Shown here piece by piece: positions 56,089-64,000 of a DNA stretch of 64,000 bases; the first letter of the stretch is position 1, and every line of letters begins with the position of its first letter. The DNA is taken from positions 1,166 through 65,165 of the forward strand of contig JBCCIW010000001.1 of the NCBI GenBank assembly GCA_039028055.1, written 5' to 3'. Below the pieces are notes generated by a model, which had not been told where the DNA came from, did not search any database, and saw nothing but the letters and a program-made list of their open reading frames with translations. Origin of the DNA: Pseudomonadota bacterium. GTDB lineage: Bacteria > Pseudomonadota > Alphaproteobacteria > Caulobacterales > Hyphomonadaceae. A program made the position numbers and the translations under genes.

Positions 56089-57456
56089 CTATTCCCCTGG
56101 CTTCACTGTGACGTCATCTAAGATTGCTGCGACCTCGAGAACTCCTCGCCTGAAGACGTCAGCGTAGGCAGGAATCTCCGCTGGTGCGTCTATTAAAGGA
56201 CCAGGCTTATGAACCAGAATTTCGGCGAGACGGGGGTTCTTCCGAAGCCTTTCGACCATAAGCTTGAATGACCTGATATGTTCCCCCTCGGCACGGTCGC
56301 TCCGAAGTGTCTGCGCAGATAGGTCTTGGACCGTATAGAGGGTCGGATCTTTGGCACCAAGGCCCGCATCGAGAGACGCTCGACGGATCAGGCAGGGCAC
56401 ACAATAGCCGCAATGACGGGGTGACAAACCTCTATACCGAGCCTTGGCCGGAGAAGAGCAGGACATAGACGACTCGACCAAACCTCGCAGATATGGCAAG
56501 TCGGCGCACGAACCGACCATTTCGCCCTTGGTCCGGTGCCGGTAGGGATTGTTCAATTGGACATTGAGGCCGAGCGCGTCGACTAGGCGTTGAACATTGG
56601 CCATGAAATGAGGGTGGGCGGTGCGGGTACTTAGCGCGCCGAACCTCAGTGCATCCAATGGAACATTGAGAGCAATGAGCCCGTTTTCCGGCACGTTGAC
56701 TGTGGTCCCCTTGTCAAAGGAAGCGGCAGCCATCGCTGCAAGGGCGTAAAACAAGAAGGATCTGCCACGCTGCGTCTCCTCCGACTGTCCGGTGGCGAGC
56801 GTCCGACTATCGAAGCCCAGACGAACACGCATCGACTTGAAAGCCTCCGCACCAAACTTCGACTGGAGTCGGTCCAACAGGTAAGATTGAGCTTTAGATG
56901 TCTCCGCGTCCCAGTAATGGCTCACAAAAAGCGGGCGCGATCCTGCAGATAAGATGTCCACGGCAGCGATCAGACTGTCCAAGCCTCCGGAAAGAAGACA
57001 AACAGTTTCTAGCCCATGGAGCGGGAGCTTGTCTGTCGGGACGCCGAGGGCGACCGTTGTTGCGGGACGTTCGCGAAAGAAAACGCGCCAGCGGTCCCCT
57101 GTGAGAAACCGCAACATGCGTCCGACATGCTTCGCTTGTTGCGACCAAAGCGCCGGCTCGCCGACAGGCAAATACAGGTCGATTTCGCGCGTCCAACCAC
57201 CCTGGGCATTCTTGGACCTCGACATTCGCGTGTCGGCCGCATTGACCAGAGCGGCGAGTAGCGCCAGATCGATAGCATTCTCTGGAGTTGTCATTCCAAG
57301 CGTGGTCAGCTGTTGAAGTGCCTGACCGAGACCGAAACTCAAGCGGCCTTCGTCGTCGAGAAAATCGATGTCGTAGACACTCGAGTCCGGCTGTAAAACG
57401 GTGACTTTCGCGGTATCTCCGGGACCCAACCGTGCAATCAAACTGAAGCGTCTCAT
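56089..57456 (-). CDS. qatC: QatC (QueC-like PP-loop ATPase)
   Basis: 455 aa with PP-loop CLLSGGLDSLIA and a C-terminal Cys cluster (CSSPAKARYRGLSPRHCGYCVPC). Confidence 0.85.
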   Translation of the reverse strand: MRRFSLIARLGPGDTAKVTVLQPDSSVYDIDFLDDEGRLSFGLGQALQQLTTLGMTTPENAIDLALLAALVNAADTRMSRSKNAQGGWTREIDLYLPVGEPALWSQQAKHVGRMLRFLTGDRWRVFFRERPATTVALGVPTDKLPLHGLETVCLLSGGLDSLIAAVDILSAGSRPLFVSHYWDAETSKAQSYLLDRLQSKFGAEAFKSMRVRLGFDSRTLATGQSEETQRGRSFLFYALAAMAAASFDKGTTVNVPENGLIALNVPLDALRFGALSTRTAHPHFMANVQRLVDALGLNVQLNNPYRHRTKGEMVGSCADLPYLRGLVESSMSCSSPAKARYRGLSPRHCGYCVPCLIRRASLDAGLGAKDPTLYTVQDLSAQTLRSDRAEGEHIRSFKLMVERLRKNPRLAEILVHKPGPLIDAPAEIPAYADVFRRGVLEVAAILDDVTVKPGE

Positions 57457-58310
57457 TCTGCCTCCCCGAGGGTCTGCATCAAGTCGAACGCGGCCGCGTA
57501 GAGGTCAGATACGAACCCGTCGATCTGAGATCCATGGAGCGATGCAACCGCGACTCCGGTGGCCTGCAACCTGTCCCTGACGCAACCGATCACAAATGTA
57601 TGCAGCATCCGTTGGGCCCGTTCGACAGATGCTGTGTCCGGTGACAGTTTGATTGCGTTCGTGCCGACTTCGTTGAGTATTTTTCCTTCAATCGAGCGTG
57701 CGACCACCCCGACAAAGATCTCCTGAAGGTCGTCTAGAGTAAGTTCGTCAAAGTTCCCGATCCCGTTTGCGGCAAGGTCGGCAATCGTCTCGAGGAGGGC
57801 GTCTCGTGCGATAGCCTCGTCGATCGTGCCTCCGGGAGGACAGAGCGCATCGGTTAGTGCAACGAAAACTTGGTCGGCCGGAGCACCAGCCAGAGCCTCG
57901 ATGTTGAAGCGACGAAGAGCTTCCGCCGGTCCAGATTCAGCAATTGCACGGGCAAGACCGACAACGCCACCTGCGAGTGCTCTGGAACTGACCATCTGCC
58001 GCGAGGCGGCCCGGCCACCACCGCTGGCAGCAACGAATTTGCCAGCACCCCGTCGGATCGTTCCGGGGCTCCCGCTCCTCGTCCCTGAGGTCATGTCCCC
58101 CCGGGCAGACCCGAAACCACGACCTGGGACAGGTGGAACGATCGGCGGGTATTGCGCAGCCGGCGCAGGCGGAAGCCCATCCTCATCAACGCCCTCCGGA
58201 CCGTCGAAGGCGGGGTCGGTCGGGGCTGCTGCGGGCTCAGGCGCAGGGTCACCGACCCAGGATGGCACCATCGGTTTTCCACCACCAAAACTGCCGGACG
58301 TTCCCATCAC
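57453..58310 (-). CDS. qatB: QatB
   Basis: 285 aa, ATGA-coupled between the QatA and QatC genes. The assignment rests on operon position and size. Confidence 0.65.
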   Translation of the reverse strand: MMGTSGSFGGGKPMVPSWVGDPAPEPAAAPTDPAFDGPEGVDEDGLPPAPAAQYPPIVPPVPGRGFGSARGDMTSGTRSGSPGTIRRGAGKFVAASGGGRAASRQMVSSRALAGGVVGLARAIAESGPAEALRRFNIEALAGAPADQVFVALTDALCPPGGTIDEAIARDALLETIADLAANGIGNFDELTLDDLQEIFVGVVARSIEGKILNEVGTNAIKLSPDTASVERAQRMLHTFVIGCVRDRLQATGVAVASLHGSQIDGFVSDLYAAAFDLMQTLGEAE

Positions 58311-60244
58311 CGACCACCACGTTTCGCGGCGGGTATCTTCGCTACCGCTTTAGCCGCACCGCTCAAAGCTTTGTTGTCGTCCCGTCCCGCCCAATCGGCC
58401 TTCAACGCATCGTATGCTGAAGCCGCCTCAGCTTCGGTAATCGCTCCGGCCCAACCGGTGAGGACCCAGGTGCCGAGTTTAGCGGCGGGAAGGTCCCTAA
58501 AGAATGCAACAAGAGAGGCTTGCAAGAAGGGATGTTGCTGGCAGATCGCCGCCAAGCCGTGCATCCCGGCCGGTTCTTCCATAAGATCGTCAGCGTCAGC
58601 AACCTTCGTGCGCAATGCGTCAAAGAGCTGTTCAGCCTCGACAGAATTCAAGCGCTTGATCTCAGTTGTCAACTGCCTGATCAGCAGTGGCGGCCCCATC
58701 AATTTTTGCAGGAGTTCGTCCAGCTCTCCGAGTTGTGCCTGTGATCCATAGCCGCCGCGCCGGTCGCGGCTCACGAATACGTATGGCCTGAGATCAACAT
58801 CGGTCAGAGAGGGCGCGATCGATGCCCATCGGCGTGCCCATTCAACGTTGGGCCAATCAGGAAGTTGCTCTACCGGGCTCGATTTTCCTTTAGGCTCTTT
58901 GCCTTCGGCCGACTTGGCAATGACCGAACCATCTGGCTGGGTTGCGTTGGCTTCAAGCGCGGCCAACTCAGCGGAATGCCCCGTGTCCGCCGCCCCACGT
59001 GCCATCGCATCGAAGACTTCCGGGGCGAAACGTTCGGCCAGCATGATCTTCGCCAAGACACCAAGGTTCAACTCGTCAGCAAAACCGCGCTCCTCCGCGA
59101 TCGCGAGGCGAAGCGACATCGTGTTTATGAAGCGCTTGATCTGGCGAGGGTTGCCGCGTGATCCGTCGGTTAGGATAGGCGCGATACGGTAAGCGATGTC
59201 CAGCGCACGTTGGATAGGGTCAGGGATAGTGCCGAATGTTGCTGTCAGTGTCGCGCGGTCCAGCCCCGGCCCGGTCCATGGCTTCTGCAAGGCTGCTCGG
59301 GCGATTGGCACGAGGCGGCGGAAGATTTCTGAGTCTTCGCCACATTCGTTCAGGACAAGAAGCATTGTGACGTAGATGCGGGTCTCGGCATATCCGAGCG
59401 CAGGAAGCCGGAAGGGGACTTGTATAATTTTCTCGAGGTAGTTGCGTGCATAGGTTGCCGGCCCCGTCGCTGCAGGCAGATCCGGAAAATGTTGGCGCAC
59501 GGAATATTCAATCATGCCCTCATCCGCCGCGATCACGAAGGCGGCGCGAGGCACGAAGAGGAAGAGCCGGATCGCTTCCAATGTGCCAATGGCCGTGCCC
59601 GGGAGGCACCGGTCCAGATCGTCGACCAGAACGACGAGGCGGTCAATGTCCGCGACCTCCAACAGCTTCTCGAACTCTGCACGGAAGGCGTGCATCTGCT
59701 CCGGCGTGCTGTCCTCTTCCATATCTTTTAGGAACGACCCCGCACTGGCCGTGAACGCCTTAAGGTTCTCGGCGGTGAAGGCATCCGCTCCGCCGGATAG
59801 AACCGAAGTCGCGATGTTGCGTAGGTCGGTGACGGTTTCCGGCATCGGTATCCCGGTCGCCAGGGTCATGCCGTAGGAACCTGCCTTCTTGGCTGCCTTC
59901 ATCCAGTCGATCCGTCGCCACAGTTTTTTGGCCTGGTCGGCAACTTTCTGCGAGCCGGAACGGCTCTTAACCAGATCCTCGACTATGGTCTCGATCAGAA
60001 CTGTCTTCGCGTCGTCGAAACCTTGAAAGAGCCAGCCGTTGAACCTAATGCAGAGAACCCGATCATCGTCCCTGAAGGCTTCCTCGACCATCATGAGGAC
60101 ACTCGACTTTCCCGCTCCCCAGTCGCCGTGAACTCCCACACTGAGTGGCTGATCCGATTTGTCTGAGACGACCCTCACAACAGTCTTGGCAACGGCCTCG
60201 TAGTACAGGAGGTCAACCGCGGTTTCATTGTCGGCTACTATCAT
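58307..60244 (-). CDS. qatA: QatA (KAP-family P-loop NTPase)
   Basis: 645 aa with Walker A GVHGDWGAGKSSV and Walker B LVVLVDDLDR. Confidence 0.85.
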   Translation of the reverse strand: MIVADNETAVDLLYYEAVAKTVVRVVSDKSDQPLSVGVHGDWGAGKSSVLMMVEEAFRDDDRVLCIRFNGWLFQGFDDAKTVLIETIVEDLVKSRSGSQKVADQAKKLWRRIDWMKAAKKAGSYGMTLATGIPMPETVTDLRNIATSVLSGGADAFTAENLKAFTASAGSFLKDMEEDSTPEQMHAFRAEFEKLLEVADIDRLVVLVDDLDRCLPGTAIGTLEAIRLFLFVPRAAFVIAADEGMIEYSVRQHFPDLPAATGPATYARNYLEKIIQVPFRLPALGYAETRIYVTMLLVLNECGEDSEIFRRLVPIARAALQKPWTGPGLDRATLTATFGTIPDPIQRALDIAYRIAPILTDGSRGNPRQIKRFINTMSLRLAIAEERGFADELNLGVLAKIMLAERFAPEVFDAMARGAADTGHSAELAALEANATQPDGSVIAKSAEGKEPKGKSSPVEQLPDWPNVEWARRWASIAPSLTDVDLRPYVFVSRDRRGGYGSQAQLGELDELLQKLMGPPLLIRQLTTEIKRLNSVEAEQLFDALRTKVADADDLMEEPAGMHGLAAICQQHPFLQASLVAFFRDLPAAKLGTWVLTGWAGAITEAEAASAYDALKADWAGRDDNKALSGAAKAVAKIPAAKRGGR

Positions 60245-60355
60245 GCGTATGGCTCGAATCTTGGTTTAATGTATTTCGTTTCTGCTTACCATGGGTTACA
60301 TATTGCTACCAACATCAAACCTGCTCTAGTTTGCAAAGAGGCTGGAAAACCAACC

Positions 60356-61204
60356 ATGAGTGCGCAAAGGGGACAAAAGCTAAACTCGTTGCAGCACCTC
60401 CTCCCAGAAGGTTTGGTCGCCAACTCGCGATGGCTGGAAGAAGCAGGTTACTCGAGCGCACTGCGAAGCAAATACGTCGCGAACGGCTGGTTGGAGCAGC
60501 CCATACGAGGGATCTACAAGCGGCCCGGTGCCGAAACGCGATGGCAACACCTGATCATCTCGCTGCAATCGCTCATGCGAATTCCGGTCATCGTCGGGGG
60601 CCTCAGCGCACTCGAACTTCAAGGCTACGGTCACTACGTAACCATGGGAAAGCGGAGAAAGGTTCACCTCTACACGGAAGCCCCCCTGTCCAAATGGCTC
60701 AACGAAATCGACCCCGAGATCGATTTCCAGACACGAAATGCGAAAAAGCTGTTCAAGTCGGAGGCGATCTCCAAGGCGATCCAAGGCCTCCCACCCCTTT
60801 CGTCGACAGGAAATGTCGAGACATTGGATAACCCCGACGGTGGGTTGAGACTCCATGTCTGGGGTGACAGATCCTGGCCGATGGTGATCTCCCGTCCGGA
60901 GCGAGCCATTCTGGAATTTCTGGACGAGATCCCGGCACACCAATCCTTCCAGCACGCTGCCGACGTGTTCACCGGCCTTTCTAACCTCAGTCCCAGGCAA
61001 CTCCAGAAGTCACTCGAAGGCTGCAAAAGCGTGAAGGTCAACAGACTCTTTCTGTGGTTCGCCGAGCGGTACGATCACGCGTGGTTCGAGCGACTCGATC
61101 TCGATGCAATCAACACCGGCAGCGGAAAGCGGGTAATCGCGAAAGGCGGCAGGTTGGACCCGAAATACCAAATAACTGTGCCGGAGGATCTTGATGGCCA
61201 TTGA
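60356..61204 (+). CDS. abiEi: AbiEi-family type IV antitoxin/transcriptional regulator
   Basis: N-terminus LLPEGLVANSRWLEEAGYSSALRSKYVANGWLEQPIRGIYKRPG. It overlaps the AbiEii start. The start could also be 60269. Confidence 0.75.
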   Translation: MSAQRGQKLNSLQHLLPEGLVANSRWLEEAGYSSALRSKYVANGWLEQPIRGIYKRPGAETRWQHLIISLQSLMRIPVIVGGLSALELQGYGHYVTMGKRRKVHLYTEAPLSKWLNEIDPEIDFQTRNAKKLFKSEAISKAIQGLPPLSSTGNVETLDNPDGGLRLHVWGDRSWPMVISRPERAILEFLDEIPAHQSFQHAADVFTGLSNLSPRQLQKSLEGCKSVKVNRLFLWFAERYDHAWFERLDLDAINTGSGKRVIAKGGRLDPKYQITVPEDLDGH

Positions 61205-62108
61205 TGAACGGTTCCGCCAGCAGGTCGATCTTTTGATCCGGGTCGTTCCGTCAGTGGCTGAAGAAAACGTGTTCGCGCTGAAAGGCGGGACTGCGATAAA
61301 CCTGTTCGTCCGAGACCTGCCACGCCTGTCCGTCGATATCGACCTGACCTACCTACCCGTGAAAGCCCGGGAAGAATCCCTCGCCGACATAGACGCCGCG
61401 TTAGACCGGATATCGAAATCCATCTCGCAAGCCGTGCCTCAAACCAAGGTCGTTCCCAGTCGACTGCACAACGAAGGGATCGTCACCCGTCTGGTCGTCC
61501 GGACACCGGAAACACAGATAAAGGTCGAAGTGACACCTGTAGCCCGCGGTTGCGTGTTCGAACCCAGAGTCATGCAGGTTGCGCCGTCGGTCGAAGACCA
61601 GTTCGGCTACGCAGAGACCCAAGTAGTTTCTTTTGACGATCTCTACGCGGGAAAGATCGTCGCCGCACTTGATCGCCAACATCCCCGCGACCTCTTCGAC
61701 GTGCGGGATCTCCTGAGGAAAGAAGGCATCTCGACGTCATTGCGACAAGCGTTCTTGGCCTACATCGTGAGCCATAACCGACCGGCTATCGAAGTTCTCG
61801 CTCCGACCCGAAAGGACATTCGCTCGGATTTCGAGGAGAACTTTTTAGGCATGACCACGGAGTTGGTCGAACTGGAAGAGCTGGTCGCAACCCGTGAAGA
61901 GATGATTGAAGCAATAGTTGCGCAGATGCCGGACGAGCACCGCGCCTTTCTCGTTGGTGTGGAAAGAGGCGAAATTGACTGGAATCTTTCTGGCCTCACG
62001 GACGCAGCCAACCTGCCCGCCGTTCGCTGGAAGCTAACCAATCTCGACCGACTTGAAGCCAAAAGGCGGCATAGACAGGCAGAGGAACTTGAAGGAATCT
62101 GGCGATGA
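61191..62108 (+). CDS. abiEii: AbiEii/AbiGii-family nucleotidyltransferase toxin
   Basis: 305 aa with FALKGGTAINLFVRDLPRLSVDIDLTY (NTase GG...DxD). The likely ATG is at 61194. Confidence 0.85.
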   Translation: MMAIDERFRQQVDLLIRVVPSVAEENVFALKGGTAINLFVRDLPRLSVDIDLTYLPVKAREESLADIDAALDRISKSISQAVPQTKVVPSRLHNEGIVTRLVVRTPETQIKVEVTPVARGCVFEPRVMQVAPSVEDQFGYAETQVVSFDDLYAGKIVAALDRQHPRDLFDVRDLLRKEGISTSLRQAFLAYIVSHNRPAIEVLAPTRKDIRSDFEENFLGMTTELVELEELVATREEMIEAIVAQMPDEHRAFLVGVERGEIDWNLSGLTDAANLPAVRWKLTNLDRLEAKRRHRQAEELEGIWR

Positions 62109-63376
62109 CCGACACCGTGTTTTGGTCATGGCAGAATGACCTGCCCGCAAGACTGAATCGGGACTTCATACGAGATGCTCTAGCCATTGCTGTCGACCGA
62201 GTCAGTGAAACTCTCGATGTCGAAGATGTCGAGCGAGTGGCCCTGGATCACGACACGAAAGCAACCGCCGGAATGGCCGACATCAGCCAGACGATCTTGG
62301 AGAAGATATCCAGAAGCGCCGTAGTGGTCGCCGACGTCACGCCTATCGCTAAGTCTGCTGGCGGAAAAGCACTACCGAATCCGAACGTCATGGTCGAGCT
62401 CGGCTACGCGATGAGTGCCATAGGGTTTGAAAGGATCATTGCCGTCTTGAATACGGCGAACGGTGACACCGTTGAGAATCTACCCTTCGATATCCGGCAC
62501 CGCCGAATACTGACCTACAATTTGGCTGCGGTGGCGACAAAGGCGGAACGGAAAGCGGTTCGGGAAGGCCTTATCAAGCAACTGGCCGAAGCCGTCCGGG
62601 TCAATATTGATCTGGTCCGCGACGCTAGATCCGCCGCCGACCCCATCTTGGGCGTGGAGAGCGACCCTCATTCGCCGGGCCTATGGAAAGCGGAATGGCC
62701 CGTGACACATTCCGACGGCTTCGGTGAAGTTGCACGTGTAAGGCCTTTGGACTTATCGCGAGCTTGGCTCAGGATCATCCCCGCAGGCTTTCCCAACGGC
62801 CGTCCATCGATCACGGCGCTGGAGCAATTGCCAGACAGCGCGCGTCTCCGGGCTCCCTCAGGGGCAGGAAGCGGCGGAAATTTCGGATCGTGCCCGTTCG
62901 GGTTCGTGACGTACTGGGTCGCGGGCCGGGAGGAGGATGGAACCTGCCGTTCACGAAACCTTGCGGCATACCTCGAAGACAGCGGCGAAGTGTGGATGTC
63001 AGACGGTGTGGCGTTCACCGAGCACAAGGGCCGGAAACACATCTCTTATGGGCATCTGTTCTCCAATTGGTTCAGAGGATTGGCAAGCGGTATGGCCTGC
63101 CTTGACGCATTGGGCGCGTCGAAGCGAAGACGGATCGTCATGGGGATCGATGGCATGTCGGACGCGGTCTGGCCGATGCAATCCGGCTACGTGCCCGCGA
63201 GTTCCCGTAAGAGCGGTCTCTTGGTTGACGAAACGGAGCGCGATTGGCCAGATGAGCGGCGCATGCAACTTCTTCACAGGACGTGGAACTCGCTGCGCGA
63301 CGCATTCAGCATCGAGCCGATGACAGAAGAAGAATTTGCCCATTATTTCGAGGTGCGAAGGAGAAACAGAGTCTAG
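62105..63376 (+). CDS. TIR-like (COG4271/Cap12-like) N-terminal domain protein with unknown about 270-aa C-terminal domain
   Basis: 423 aa. The ATG overlaps the AbiEii stop (ATGA). The N-terminal VFWSWQND ... NPNVMVELGYAMSAIGFERIIAVLN resembles the NV.FELGY core of bacterial TIR-like domains (from memory). Confidence 0.5.
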   Translation: MTDTVFWSWQNDLPARLNRDFIRDALAIAVDRVSETLDVEDVERVALDHDTKATAGMADISQTILEKISRSAVVVADVTPIAKSAGGKALPNPNVMVELGYAMSAIGFERIIAVLNTANGDTVENLPFDIRHRRILTYNLAAVATKAERKAVREGLIKQLAEAVRVNIDLVRDARSAADPILGVESDPHSPGLWKAEWPVTHSDGFGEVARVRPLDLSRAWLRIIPAGFPNGRPSITALEQLPDSARLRAPSGAGSGGNFGSCPFGFVTYWVAGREEDGTCRSRNLAAYLEDSGEVWMSDGVAFTEHKGRKHISYGHLFSNWFRGLASGMACLDALGASKRRRIVMGIDGMSDAVWPMQSGYVPASSRKSGLLVDETERDWPDERRMQLLHRTWNSLRDAFSIEPMTEEEFAHYFEVRRRNRV

Positions 63377-63426
63377 GAGAGTTGCCAACCCGACCGGAGC
63401 GTCATCACGGATAACTGTTGGCCTCA

Positions 63427-64000
63427 TTAAACGTCCACAACCAAGCCCGCATCCCCCAACTGCTCCCGATCTGGAAGATCGCGGAGGCTCTCCAGATCAA
63501 AGGCGACGAGGAACTGCTCGGTCGTCACAAATGTATACGGCGCACCGCGTCGCGGCGACCGTGGCCCGGTGCCAATTAGCTCACGCGCATGCAGCCGTCC
63601 GATCAAGTCGCGGCTGATCTCTTTGCCGAAGATGTCCTTGAGCCCATCGCGGGTGATTGGCTGGTGGTAGGCGATGGCCGCCAGGACGGCGATGTCGAAT
63701 TCACTCAGGTCAAGAAGCTGATCGCTGATGTCTGCGGCGGCTCGGATTGCGGGTGCGTAGGTAGGTCGCGTCCGGAACATCCAGCCTCCGGCGACCTGGG
63801 CGATCTCAAAGGAGCGTCCCTCCAGATCTGCGGCCAAGTCTTCGATCAACAGATCGACCGAGGCCGCCTGCCCCACCACGCGGGCCAAATCTTCACGCGG
63901 TACGGGCGAAGCAGATGCAAAGAGCACCGCCTCAACGCGGCGCATCCATTCGCGCCAGCGCAATTCGGGCGGCAGGTCGGCCAACTCACGGTCAAGCTCA
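63427..64000 (-). CDS. scpB: ScpB (SMC-ScpAB segregation/condensation protein B), probably 5' partial
   Basis: Winged-helix repeats (EAVLFASASPVPREDLARVVG; QPITRDGLKDIFGKEISRDLIGRLHARELI) and the C-terminal TTEQFLVAFDLESLRDLPD. The frame stays open to the window end. Confidence 0.8.
   Translation of the reverse strand, partial: ELDRELADLPPELRWREWMRRVEAVLFASASPVPREDLARVVGQAASVDLLIEDLAADLEGRSFEIAQVAGGWMFRTRPTYAPAIRAAADISDQLLDLSEFDIAVLAAIAYHQPITRDGLKDIFGKEISRDLIGRLHARELIGTGPRSPRRGAPYTFVTTEQFLVAFDLESLRDLPDREQLGDAGLVVDV

Larger units (their letters stand above)
48482..63426. other. defence island between tRNA-Leu and scpB
   Basis: GC is lower than in the flanks. The island contains Qat, AbiE, an E1/E2/JAB-patatin operon, an XRE/ImmA pair and a TIR-like gene. 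Confidence 0.65.

Noticed and set aside
6150-63426. Search for an integrase, transposase or att direct repeats (copies of the tRNA-Met or tRNA-Leu 3' ends) at 6.15-6.8 kb, 48.3-48.7 kb and 63.38-63.43 kb
   Set aside because: No recombinase motifs were found in any listed ORF. No convincing repeat of the tRNA 3' ends was found by eye. Short or degenerate att sites could easily be missed without alignment tools.

Overview
High-GC window with the gene content and style of an alphaproteobacterium, probably Rhodobacterales-like (an inference; no search was run). It has four blocks.

(1) 1-6148: core-like metabolism on the plus strand. It holds a 5'-partial APH-type phosphotransferase, a TRAP transporter (Q, M, P), a thiolase and a 3-hydroxyacyl-CoA dehydrogenase.

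(2) About 6.15-48.3 kb: an ICE/conjugative-plasmid-like element.
- It carries a full VirB-type T4SS: virB1-B4, a lipoprotein, a second SLT protein, a B5-like gene, B8-B11 and B6.
- It also carries a VirD4/TraG coupling protein, a MobA/VirD2-type relaxase, a MobC-like protein and a candidate oriT.
- About 21 kb of genes are transcribed toward oriT, as in a leading region: ArdC, a ParB-like protein, a 1419-aa methyltransferase-helicase, and DUF736, DUF3768-like and DUF2493-like genes.
- No integrase, recombinase or transposase is visible anywhere in the window.
- Embedded cargo includes a secreted EEP nuclease with a membrane protein, and an oppositely oriented four-gene operon of three paralogous HExxH proteins plus a small acidic protein.

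(3) 48320-48481: tRNA-Met(CAT) and tRNA-Leu(TAA), separated by 1 nt.

(4) 48.5-63.4 kb: a lower-GC defence island.
- An unusual MBL-fold / E2-E1-JAB fusion / patatin operon with a divergent XRE plus ImmA/IrrE (CapH/CapP-like) pair.
- A GGCT-like orphan gene.
- A canonical QatABCD system.
- AbiEi/AbiEii with a translationally coupled third gene encoding a TIR-like protein.

The right edge is scpB (partial).

The best candidates for an undescribed system are the MBL/E2-E1-JAB/patatin operon and the triple-HExxH operon. All calls rest on motifs read from the ORF translations, RBS and overlap logic, and visual repeat detection. No database search or folding was possible.
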